From assembly GCA_047495785.1 (NCBI GenBank), contig JBLDXI010000045.1:861869-925868 (forward strand): 64,000 nucleotides of DNA, read 5' to 3'. The translations under genes and the position numbers were made by a program. Shown in pieces: positions 36,566 to 47,535 of the stretch (its first letter is position 1; every line of letters starts with the position of its first letter). The DNA comes from Lepidodermella squamata. Lineage: Eukaryota; Animalia; Gastrotricha. Below the pieces are notes generated by a model. That model searched no databases and was not told the DNA's origin. It was given only the letters and a program-made list of their open reading frames with translations.

Positions 36566-36910
36566 GAAATAAGAAAATCGGAAATTAATAGAAATCTAAA
36601 AAAAAATAAAAAAGCTCAATAAGAGGCAGAACGATTAGATTGGTTAAACTAATCGGTTGTTTTCAAGTAATCAAATAAGTATCGAATCCAGCTTGTAACT
36701 TCGGCGTGACCTAATTCAGTGCTTGTACGATTAGAATTAAAAAAATCTGCTCATCTTTCAAGGATCTCAAATTCCATCAACAAATTGGGGCAAATTATCC
36801 AATAAAATTTTAACAAGAGCAGTTTGTGAACATAAGCTTTTCAGCTCTCTCCGCAGCTGTCGCAGCTGTCAACACGTGACTTGTGAGCGAAATGAAGTGA
36901 AGATCCCGTT

Positions 36911-38445
36911 CTACTTCGCTTCCTCGACACCCAACTCTTGGACTGGCATCAATGCAGCCTCGAAAGGTTCCGTGGCATCTCGGCCGGCTGCTGGTTCCCC
37001 ATTCGTGTTGCCGTCAAGAGCGCGGCCGGTAACAGCTGGTCGCGGCGGGCTGCGGCTTCCGAGGAAAACAGGCCCCATTGTGGTGACGTCTGCATCACGG
37101 CTGTTACTGGAACGGCCAACATCAGGCGGTACGAGGCCACGTTCCATGGCCCAACTTCGGAATTGCACGTTATCAGCCGCGAGTCTGATGACTGTTGATC
37201 TATAGAATTCCTTCGATAACTGAATGCGGTGAAACAGAAACATTACGAAGCTCATCAATGCTGTCTAACAACTTCCTACCATTCCATCCAGTTTATCAAA
37301 TTCGGCCGGTGTTCGACAGGAGCGAAACATCAGCTCAATACCCCGCATCATCGAGTTGCCGTCTGCTCGGTAGAGCGTCAACATCCCAGCGAGTTTCATC
37401 TCGCCTCTCTCGACCATCGCCGGGATGACGTGAGCATCGAGTGTCCGAGCGTCGAGATTCTTCAGCACCTGGAAACGAGCGCGTTCGGTGGTACATGTCG
37501 TTCGAAGTCTAGTGAGATAAATCTCGGCAGCTAAGCGGCTGGCACTAGGATCGACTTGCACCTTTTCAAGATAATTTTATTTAAAGATTTATATTGGTCT
37601 TAGTGGAACCATCGAATCCACAAAATCGCTATTACTGGACTAAAATTTGTTGAAGGAAGCGATTGGTTAGATTTTCCAGCATCTTGGCATGTTATTTCGT
37701 GGAAAGCAAAAATATCTCAGAAAAACGATGCTCGGCCCCCGCGAATCGATACCTGGAATTCAGGATTTTCTTTCTGTTCAAGAAATAACAAGCTAAGATG
37801 CTGGAAAATAACCAGCCCGTCGTCCTTTAGCAAATTTTAGTCCAGCCAATTGCGATTTTGTGGATTCGATGGTTCCACGAAGTTAGAGTTAAGTAAGTAA
37901 TTAATTAAGTAAGTAATTTAACTCTAACTTCATCGTGGAACCATCGAATCCATTTAATTAATTAATTATTAATTTAATAATTTAATTAATTTAATTAATT
38001 AATTACTTGAAATAAATGCATCCCGGCTTGACGGCATCGCGTAATCAAATCTGATGCTGAGCCTTGCAGAGGAACGACTTGCTGCAATTCGTAGAGATAA
38101 GTATAAGTGTTGTCCAAGCCGCCATTTTCCAGACGCTGGCCGAAAATAAGCAAATTGCCGTGGTTGATCATGTAAAGGTCGGCCGTCTCATCTAGCGGTT
38201 TTATGAGCCTAACGCCGACTTTTTTGGCAACACGAACCAACGTCCTTTAACGTAGAAAAATTGTACAGGTAACAATTTATGCATCAGCATTCAACTTACA
38301 AATGAAACTTGTCATCAGCCTCCGAGTCGTTGTTGTAAGCGTCAATGATAATTCTGTCCGAGGGACAGTTGGCGAACCGGGCTAAAACACACTGAAAGGC
38401 GTCGACTGCCATTCGAATCCTCACTTCTTTAGGGATTCCGGTCAT
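36911..38445 (-). CDS. Unknown multi-exon gene; exons 38445-38300, 38244-38007, 37561-37280, 37219-36911; possible disrupted upstream exons to ~38930
   Basis: Three phase-consistent GT-AG introns (55, 445 and 60 nt) join four open segments. No recognisable domain. Upstream exon-like pieces do not splice in frame. Confidence 0.55.
37603..37878. mobile_element. MITE-like element with ~80-bp imperfect terminal inverted repeats, inside an intron
   Basis: gtggaaccatcgaatccacaaaatcgc...ctggactaaaatttg...ttttccagcatctt is inverted as aagatgctggaaaa...caaattttagtccag...gcgattttgtggattcgatggttccac. No clear target-site duplication. Confidence 0.75.
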
Positions 38446-39143
38446 GATTTCTTAAAGATAAATAGCCACCTAGATGATGTCATTATGAAATTTATTTTTA
38501 ATCTTTAAACATGACGTAAAGATCCGCTTCGATAACTCGACGTTTGCTGATGACTTCTTTCAATTCTAGGGGTAAATGATTGTTATTTGCAAAATGAGTA
38601 GAATTGTTTAAAAAGTCCGGGCTGTCTTCTTCAGGATCATCAACACCACCTCGTCGATACTGAACTGCAGAGTCTCCACTCATTCTTCGCCCCATACACG
38701 GTCAACTGATATCAATTATTCAACAAAAGTTACTCATTCAAGGTATTAATCGATGAAATTACCATAGATACGGCTGGACACGAGATCCTCGAATACAAAA
38801 CGTCTGAATGTCACCGTTCGGCCATCTTTCAGGCCTGCCTCAGGCTCATCGCCAACTTCAGTCACTTGTATCTCGTAGAAGTTGGGTCGCCCAACAACCC
38901 CGTCGATTTGTCGACATCGATGCGTAACACTTACTTTTTAGCGTTGTGGATGAAATTTTACCGCTAAATAATTGAGCATAACCTCCGCTTCTAAATTCTT
39001 ATAAAACCGAAACAAAATTTAGTTTATTCCACGCAACCGGATACAAGCAATTGAGCGATTATATATTCAAAATATAGGAGGGTATCAAAATGGGATTAAT
39101 GCACAATTAGAAAACATTGAGATGTCAATTGAATCAGCGTAAT

Positions 39144-40569
39144 TCACGACCTAGCAAACATAGGATCAAAGTCGAATAGGGCAACACTTTCGAAAGCTGA
39201 ACAGTCCATTTCGAAATCGACATCTTCCAAGTTCAGGAATCTCATCATAATCGGTGGCAAACCCAACTGTTGGATGGCATCCTGACGCTTCGCAAGGCCT
39301 TGAGGCAATTTTCGCAGGATTGCGCGCCGAGCAAGGAATTGTAAAGAAAATTGATAGGATGATGAGAAAAACGCCGGAATAGCAGCCGGTATCTCGACGC
39401 CCAGGTAACCGTGTTGAAATTGAAAATCCTCAGATGAAAAATAATCAGAAATAGTCGATTTCTTGACATTAGTCAGGTCGCATAACGAGAGAGCAAAACA
39501 GAATATCTTGTGGCAAAGCGTCGAGTTTTTCAACACATCAGATCGAACGATGAGCGTTATCAACCAAGTCATATCCGCATTCAGGAATGGCGCGTTTCCT
39601 TGAGACAAAAAACCAGCTCGAGCCAGGGGCAAGAAGCAAAATTTGAGCAGAGAGGGCGCTGCAGCTTTGATGGTCGGGTTCTCGTAAACGCGCCAAGATG
39701 GGTAGGTAAATTCCGAAAGCGAGACTTTATCACCCCGATCGTGGGCCATTTCGGCGATTTGGCAGAAAATTCGGTCGAAATTCGGGATGAAATGAGCGAT
39801 TTGCAGTAAATATCGGAGAAATTCCATGCAATCAAAGTCGGTGATTGATTTCAGGAAAGTTCCGATGAGAATATCCAACACTTTAGCACGATTCTCAGTG
39901 TCACTTCCAGACTTGAACTTTCGGAACCAGAACAGAAATAGCTCTGAAATTCGCAATAAATTAGAAAACATTGAAAAAAATGTTCTAAAAATTACGCTCG
40001 GGCCAACGCTCGCAACCGTAGTCTATGCTTCTACTCTTCAGCATCAACGGTAAATCACTTCGCCACAGTTTAGCGAGGGCTTCACAAATCTTGACAGAGT
40101 CGTCAGAAACTGGCTTGAAGCCGTGAAGAAAAGGCGTTTCGAAGAATGTCGTAACGAGCTCAGGTAAAACATGGGCCGGGACTTCGATTTTAGCATCGAC
40201 AATGCGCTGAAACCGCTCGTAATCCCTGCATTTAATAGCCAGCGACAGGGCAATGAAGTCGCATGGCGAAAATTCGACGTTTTCTCCGAAATTTGATTGC
40301 TCGATTTTGAAACGGTTCAGCTCGATGCAGCAATCGATGAGCGCAGGGAAGAGCCACGTGTCGAGCATTTTGCTAACGGATTTATCAACGCAGATCTGGC
40401 CGTGGAAAATGTTGTGGACTAGGTCGACACCCACAAAATCGTGTTGACATCGAAGTGATATTCTGCCGGCGAACTGGGGCCACTTCTCTTTGACCATGTA
40501 GATGATAAGGCGGCTGGCATCATCCAGCGATTCCCCGCCGATGTACGAATCGCTAGCGTAACGATTCAT
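39144..40569 (-). CDS. SOCS-box protein D; exons 40569-39996 and 39943-39144 (52-nt phase-1 intron)
   Basis: FSLQFLARRAILRKLP...IQQLGLPPIMMRFL; aligns end to end with SOCS-box protein A. Confidence 0.85.
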
Positions 40570-41703
40570 TAAACTTTATCCAATTCAAAGTCTAAAAAGA
40601 CATTAAAATTAAAATGAACCGAAAAAACCGAAATATAGGCGCCCACAATTCACAGGTAGGTATAACGAAATTGGAGATTTGCACGGTCTTATCAGAATCG
40701 ATAAAATTACGTGTTTTAGCCTTCCTAGTATAGAAGTGGCCTGTTTTGCGTGGCTGAGAACAGCAATCAAGTCACTGACCTCGCGCGCTCTCTTTTATAT
40801 GACCCGCGACACCGGCGCTTTATTACACCATCACCACTGATTGCTGCGCTAATTATCGTCACTACCAGGTGCTCTCTGCGTAATCGGCACTAATAATTAT
40901 TAAGTACCTGTACGCAATGGACTGCGCGCGGAAATGAAATATCGAATAAAATAATGACAGAAGAAAAAAATGCCGTGGCATTTTTTGAGCGATGTCGCTC
41001 TACACGGCCATTATTCACATTAGCCTGGATTTCAATTTTTGTGAACCCGGCTGATGTCGTCAGGCAGTCGCGTCTTAGCCTTACCGCAGAACTGACGTCC
41101 TTGAATCTTTGTTTTGAAAACGAATACGCCATTTACTATATGAATGCCATCAGACTTTCGATCTCACAGTTTTAACAATGTCTTGATTTAAAATGACTCA
41201 AGGACTGCCTTTTTTCTCATCGAGATTTTTCCTACTAATTTTCGCAGTGGAGGGTCGCTTAAACGCAACTAAAATGCGTCGGAGGGCGGTTTACTGTGAT
41301 CAAAATCTGCAGCTAGCGCGTCGAGTTTGCGCCAATTTGGCGCCACCCTATGAGTCCTATTGAGGGTGACTGCTAATCGCAGGTGCGGCGATTATTCACG
41401 CGGCTAGTATTAAATCTGCAATTTTGCGATTATTAGAGTGCGGCCTCTATACTGTATTCAACTGTATTTCTATACCCATCCCATCTCACTTGACAGATTG
41501 CACCTGCGTCATATCAAAAAAGCTTGATGCGCGAATGACCAAATGAAGAATACTACATCACGCTACATCAGATGATTAAATACGACAGCAGCCTGCTTTC
41601 TGAGAAAATAGATCGTGCTTATGGCATGCCGAACATGTGAAGATAAGAAAAAAACGCCGCGATAAAACTCGTTTTACAGAACCTTTTCCCAACCGCGATG
41701 TTA

Positions 41704-41775
41704 GCCACGGTAGTATAGTGGTTAGTATTCCTCGTTGTGGCCGAGGTGACCCTGGTTCGACTCCAGGCCGTGGCA
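41704..41775 (+). tRNA. tRNA-His(GTG)
   Basis: Acceptor stem GCCACGG/CCGTGGC plus A, anticodon arm CCTCG-TTGTGGC-CGAGG, T-arm CCTGG-TTCGACT-CCAGG, and an oligo-T Pol III terminator near 41810. Confidence 0.95.
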
Positions 41776-42185
41776 GAGTCACACAACTCGAGCAAGTGGC
41801 ATGCGGTTCATTTTTTGTTTTTTGTTTTTTTTTCAATTAGTTTTTTAATTAGTTTTAATTTTTCCAAGAAATCAATAAAGGAGGAGCCTTAAATTGGAGC
41901 TCAGAATATTTAAAAACGATGACTGGTCATCAAAATGGCTGACAGCTGAATTTTCATCATTTCCAGCTAAACCCGCCGGAAAACTTCAAGTTATAATAGA
42001 CTATAACAAATAAAAACAGAGTCGACGATTTAAGCTTTCAGGAACAGGATTTTAATAAATTATCATGAAATAAATTGTGTACCAGCAACATGAAATCGAC
42101 AAACGGTAAAGTGAGCATTAGAAGCGTAAAAGTTTGATTCGTTCGAAATCATCCGAAATTAAAAAGAAATACATCGTTCAGAATT

Positions 42186-43534
42186 TCAATGAGCAACAGG
42201 AGAGTTTTCCACATTTTGAAGAGAGCGGCGCTGTTTTGTCTCACCGGCTACACTTGCAAGCCGAGGGTTGACCAAGGCGGGGATTTCTGGACGTTCAATA
42301 ACAGCACCGACGATCATCAGCGTGAAGTTATTGGTAATACGAGGTTCATCGATCGTGGTGGCCGTAATTTCGAGATCGCCGGTTAAAATCTGACTCGATC
42401 GGCCAGTAGAAGAAATCGTGAGCTCTAACCAGCTTTTCTCATCAGGCATTACGACGGATTTTTCAAATTGAACTTTGTAGTCCACATCAGCAATAATCAC
42501 GCTCGGGCTAATTTCCACACCGCAACTTCCGAAATTCTGGATGAAAATAGTTTTACTGTATTGCGAGTCAGCTCGAATCGGAGGTAGGATGAGTTTTTCA
42601 AGAGTTTTGAACTGGTCATCGAACATTTTTAAATCAATCTTCTCAAACCTAGTTCGTATTGGCAAGCTGCTTATTTCAATTGAAGGCGAGCAGTCTAGAA
42701 ACGCGACCAGTTCAATGTCGTAATTTGCGCTAAATTTCGACGGTAGGCAGTAAAGTGCGAAATCTTGCCGGGATTTCGGGGCCAAACAGAACGAAAGCGA
42801 TGATTCAGTTTGGTGCAAAGACGGCAATTTAGGCGGAGTTTTGTTATTCGCCAGTAGAAAAAGGCCAAAATGTTGCCGGGCAGATTCGGGTCTCAGTTTT
42901 ACGACCAATTTTACATAGGGCTGAGTCATGTTAGTCGGATTCCGAAAACCGACCGAAAAAACGGCAGATCGACATTGGCCAACAGCAACTCGAGTGAGGT
43001 CATCGCCTTCGAATCTGGTCAAATTTACGGCAGGTAGATGGACCGAGGCGTTGAAATTAATTGCTGGCAGTTTCGTGATTTTGTCCTCCTCGCATGCGAA
43101 TAGCGTGATAGGAGCGGAAAATTCGCCGATTTCGCGCGGTTCGAATCGAAATCGTAGCCAGCCGATTCGACCGGCGAAAACGTGAGTAGACGATTTGGTT
43201 GCTACAAAGTTGCTGCTATCAGCTACCAATCGATCGTCGCATTTCAACGCTCCGACCACGGCAAAAACTTCGGCGCTTGATCGCTTTCCATCTGTTATTT
43301 CGAGATCAAGGATGACATCGGTGCTTTGGCCGATGTAAGTTAGGACATTCTCAGTTCGCCAACGGGATTCGATTGAAATCGACTCAAACTTGAAAATTAA
43401 GGAGGATATCTGATGATTCAAGTTTTGAAATAAATCACACCTACCGAGTCTTCAGGTGCCAGGTCTTCTTCGCCAAACGTCAAATTTGGCGAGATAGGTT
43501 GCAACAAATAATTTATATCAAGTTGATCGCCCAT
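42186..43534 (-). CDS. Tandem PapD/ASH-like Ig-fold protein, Cep192/SPD-2-like; short first exon 43534-43445
   Basis: Beta-rich repeats with ASH-type motifs (LRFRFEPREIGEFSAPITL, VGFRNPT, FCLAPKSRQDFALYCLP, KTIFIQNFGS, VVMPDEKSWLELTI). GTAGG donor at 43444. Orthology not established. Confidence 0.5.
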
Positions 43535-44206
43535 AATTAGAAAATAATTCTAAAAACAAACAAAAATTCTATGTTGAAATTCTAAGATTATGATGAAAAT
43601 TTCCCCCAAAGAAAAGGGGATGACACTAAATAAATCCCTCAAATAACCTAATAATTTTACATGGTCGAATTTTGATGGCACTCTGATGCTAAAATGAAAT
43701 AAAAAGCACCAAACAGCTCGTCGATCAACTTAACGAGGTTTTTTCGATGGAATCAGGCTATGCAGAATTCAATGATGCCTGGAAATTTGTTGTCTAAATC
43801 TGTGGATAAATACCTTAAAATGTTAGAAATTTCGTAACAGCAGCCTGTGCTTACACACATTTCGCAATTTATTGAACAAGATTTTCAGTAAACATAGCAA
43901 GATTTATTTAAAATGGTCCTTCAATTGACAGAAATAGTAACAACGTATCCAGGTGTTTTGACTTTTAGCCATCGAGGCAGCACAGTAAAAAGCGGTTTTC
44001 AACGTTTCAGTACATCCTGAGCAGAGGAAGGAGAAAATCATAAACAACTCATACTTTTCCGATAGATTATAGGTTTCAAACGAAATCAATGGTAAATAGG
44101 TACATAAGTGATTGGCACACAGATTCAATATAGAAGTAAGAATCAAGAGATTTCAAACGAGTTTCATTTTTCACCAGCAAATCCGCGAACATCGCAAACG
44201 AGGAAA

Positions 44207-46300
44207 CTACTTAGACTGATTTCCATGGCATTCAGAGTCGTTCGGTGCCAAGTGGGAAAGAACAACAGCCAGGGTCATCTTAGCGACTTCTGCAATCTGG
44301 CGCGTTTCGATGGTTGTGAAACGTCGGCGATAGCCCAAATTAGCGCCAAGTACAACAAAAACCTGGAACAGATTCTTGGTATCAAACGCGGATGTAGGAA
44401 CAAGGGGCGGCGATACGACAAAAATCGAATGAAAAACAAGCAGCTGATTGGCGATCTCATCAATCGGAGCATCGATGTCGTGAGGGAGCATCAGATTGGC
44501 AAGACGGCGTAGCTCAGCCTGGTACTTCGACGCAATTCGCTGGCGGCATGTTTCATCACGCAAATTTTGAAAAACAGAAGTAACGTGGCTCAAACGAAAA
44601 TGAGACTTGCCACTCTCGAACTGGCACAGGTATTTAACCAACGGGTCACACTGTTCGGATTGCAGAAGTTGAGCAAAATAGGACTCTTCGAACGGCTTTG
44701 CTTTCATGAGGCACTGCAGAACCGTGAAAATGACCGACTCGTCACAAGGCAGGCCGTTGAAGTTGATCTTGGAAATTTGCGAGAAAACAGCGGTGACAAA
44801 TCGATTGCAAAATTCGCGGTCATTCGCGACGGCCAGGGCGTTGGCTTCAGATAGGCAAATTCTTTCGAGTATCCAAATAACGCTAGAAATGCACATGACG
44901 AAATAAGGACTGCCGTGTTCAGGCGTGAGTTTAGCCAAATTCTTGCCGCCAAATTCGATTCTTGACGTGAAAAACGCGAGCATTGACGAGTAGTTGCCGA
45001 TCGAAATGCGGTAAGCGGATTCGCGCAAAGCCAACACCATTCTCGACATCATGTTAATCATTTGGTTCGACAACACGAGCTTCGTCATAACGAAAGGTCC
45101 AACATTGGCGATCGATCCAATGTGGAGATCTTGCCAGTCAGCAAATGCGAAAGTGCCCAGCAGTAGAAATCGATCGATTGATCGGGCGATTTCATCGCTC
45201 GACAAACCTCGAAATTTTTCGAAAAATTTCGGGTTTGAAGTTTCGAACAGGCGCTCGACAGCTCGAACAAACAGCCCAGGGGTGTCCCAAACTCTGCCAT
45301 CTTGATAGCTCCTTCGAACATGGAACTCGGATCCTCCAAAAACGACAAGAACTGCAATCTTCGAGTACCAGCTGAAGTCATCATAAGGCGCGAAAACATC
45401 AAGGTTGTCCAGTGCAGGGAATGACAAGTTGGCCCATCCGAAAATGACCTCGCCGAACGCGCCCTTAGGAGCCATGGCAAGCCTTTTCACAGCCTCCGGG
45501 GTAGCTAGGCTTTTCCCAAAATTCGCCAAGAAAGGCTTAAGCCAGCTTCGTCTCGCCACGAGATCTCGAAGGTGAGGCATTCTCTTCAGAATTTTCGATA
45601 GGGTCAGAGTCAGTCGACCGAGGAAGCGGAGTTTTTGAACGCTGTAGGTAGCAAAATCGGCGTTGGCGAGAATATCGACTAAAACCGGATTTCGTTCGAT
45701 GCCAGTGATGAATCGTTCAGCAATCGGCTGCATGAATGCCACCGGTTTTCGCAGGACCGTCGAAAAAAGGTTGAGCAAAACCGTGAAATAGTGAATGCTC
45801 TGGTCCCAATCAACCGGGTTCTGCAAGTTCAGGATGAATTCGCCGGGCGGGAGCTTGTCGAAAATATCTATCTCGGGCGAGCACATGAATTGTACACCGA
45901 CCTCTTCAAAGTCCGTTTGTCCAGTCTCAGGCGTGTGGTGACGAACTTTCAGCAGCGCGTTCAGTCCGCAGCCTTCGATGAATTTGCCGCTTTTGTAGAA
46001 CGTCTTTATCGTCTGCTTCAGCAGCTCTTCGTCCGCTTCACCCGCTACCATGACAGCGTGTCGCAGGCTACTGAGCGCTGTGTTGAAGTCGCCGTCCTTT
46101 TTGGCGGCTTTCGCCGTTTTCATCAGAGTCGAAACAACCCAGTCACGTGAAGCAACTTCAGATTCGCCGCCAGCCGCTTTCATTCGAACAGAGTCGCAAA
46201 ATTTGACCACATCCGAGCCATTCTTCAAATTGTAGAACAATTCGCCAATTTTCACTGATCCTGGCTCGACGCCATCGCCAAATAACAGCTCAAAATCCAT
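44207..46300 (-). CDS. Family copy 10 (subfamily C), 697 aa
   Basis: MDFELLFGDGVEPGS, APYDDFSW; tttcag-acc-ATG. Confidence 0.9.
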   Translation of the reverse strand: MDFELLFGDGVEPGSVKIGELFYNLKNGSDVVKFCDSVRMKAAGGESEVASRDWVVSTLMKTAKAAKKDGDFNTALSSLRHAVMVAGEADEELLKQTIKTFYKSGKFIEGCGLNALLKVRHHTPETGQTDFEEVGVQFMCSPEIDIFDKLPPGEFILNLQNPVDWDQSIHYFTVLLNLFSTVLRKPVAFMQPIAERFITGIERNPVLVDILANADFATYSVQKLRFLGRLTLTLSKILKRMPHLRDLVARRSWLKPFLANFGKSLATPEAVKRLAMAPKGAFGEVIFGWANLSFPALDNLDVFAPYDDFSWYSKIAVLVVFGGSEFHVRRSYQDGRVWDTPGLFVRAVERLFETSNPKFFEKFRGLSSDEIARSIDRFLLLGTFAFADWQDLHIGSIANVGPFVMTKLVLSNQMINMMSRMVLALRESAYRISIGNYSSMLAFFTSRIEFGGKNLAKLTPEHGSPYFVMCISSVIWILERICLSEANALAVANDREFCNRFVTAVFSQISKINFNGLPCDESVIFTVLQCLMKAKPFEESYFAQLLQSEQCDPLVKYLCQFESGKSHFRLSHVTSVFQNLRDETCRQRIASKYQAELRRLANLMLPHDIDAPIDEIANQLLVFHSIFVVSPPLVPTSAFDTKNLFQVFVVLGANLGYRRRFTTIETRQIAEVAKMTLAVVLSHLAPNDSECHGNQSK

Positions 46301-46364
46301 GGTCTGAAATCAAAAGAAATGAGAATGAGAAATGAGTTGAATTTTTCTAGAATCTGGCAGGGTG

Positions 46365-46680
46365 TGCACCCTACATTTAGGGCTGCAGCTCTAAATTTGA
46401 GACTCCAGCACTGTATTTTCCCCAAAACATGGTTTCTCGAGTTCGATTCAAAGTATCAGTTTTACAAATCAGTGATTTTTCCGATATCATCAGCTTAGGA
46501 ACTCAAAAAATAAAGTATTTCTACAGCTTGGTACCAAATAAAATGCCCTATCGTCACGGGGGCCATCAGCCATCAGTATCAAATAGAAAGAAGAAAAAGC
46601 TAAAATCGAAAAAAAAATCGGAAATAATTAGTGGCAAGACGCTCAAATTTTGCGGTGGAACCTCAATTTTAGCGGTGCAA
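46365..46680. mobile_element. Degraded MITE-like inverted repeat
   Basis: tgcaccctacatttagggctgcagctctaaatttgag loosely matches the reverse complement of ctcaaattttgcggtggaacctcaattttagcggtgca. Confidence 0.35.
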
Positions 46681-47535
46681 ATGTTTAGACCAACAACTTA
46701 AAGGTGAGGGTTTGCGAGCTTTTCTGAAACCCCTAGAAGTACATTATCACGATATTTCACGATGTAAATGTTTGATAACTCAACATTTTTCGTACATCAA
46801 CTCCAGGTTCACGATCTGATGGTGTGATGCTTACCGGATTAGTAAATAACAATTCCTGAACTTCCGCATTCTGAATTGTCGGGCCGGTTTCTAGATTGTC
46901 GCTCAGAAGAAATAGCCCGATAATTTTCTGAGTTGTCGTAGCTAATTATGAAGCTTGTAGGAAATTTAACCAATATTTCAAAATAAACAGACCGAGAGAA
47001 TATTCCACATGTTATGTTTAACCGAAGAAATAAAAAATTTACCGTCGAAAACCCGGAAAACTCCGATGGTAATTGGTTCGGTAATTTTCGGTATTTAACC
47101 CGGTTGGACAGAAGTTCTCCTGACTTTTTTAATCCCAGTACCAAGTGACATACTTGATCACTATTCTTGTGATTTTTTGAATTTTTCTGAAGTTTTTCTG
47201 GACTACCAAGCGTGAACTCTAGCTTCAACTTTTTTCAAACTCGAAAATATCGTAATTTCCTAATACCAGCACATAAACAATAAATCGCATCGCGGCATTG
47301 CCACCGAACATACCTGATTACTGGATATCTTCGCTTCCGATTAATCTTAATTATTTTAACAATCTAAGAAGAAAATAATAACAGCAATTAATCGATTGTT
47401 ATTTGAGATCGATAACAAGTTTTATATTAGTTCAAGTACTTCGATAAAATCAATGGTGATAAATTAAGAGTTAAGGTAAAAAGCGTAAAAAGTTTACAAT
47501 ATTGGCAACGGAATTGCGTAACTGGTTAAAAAACT

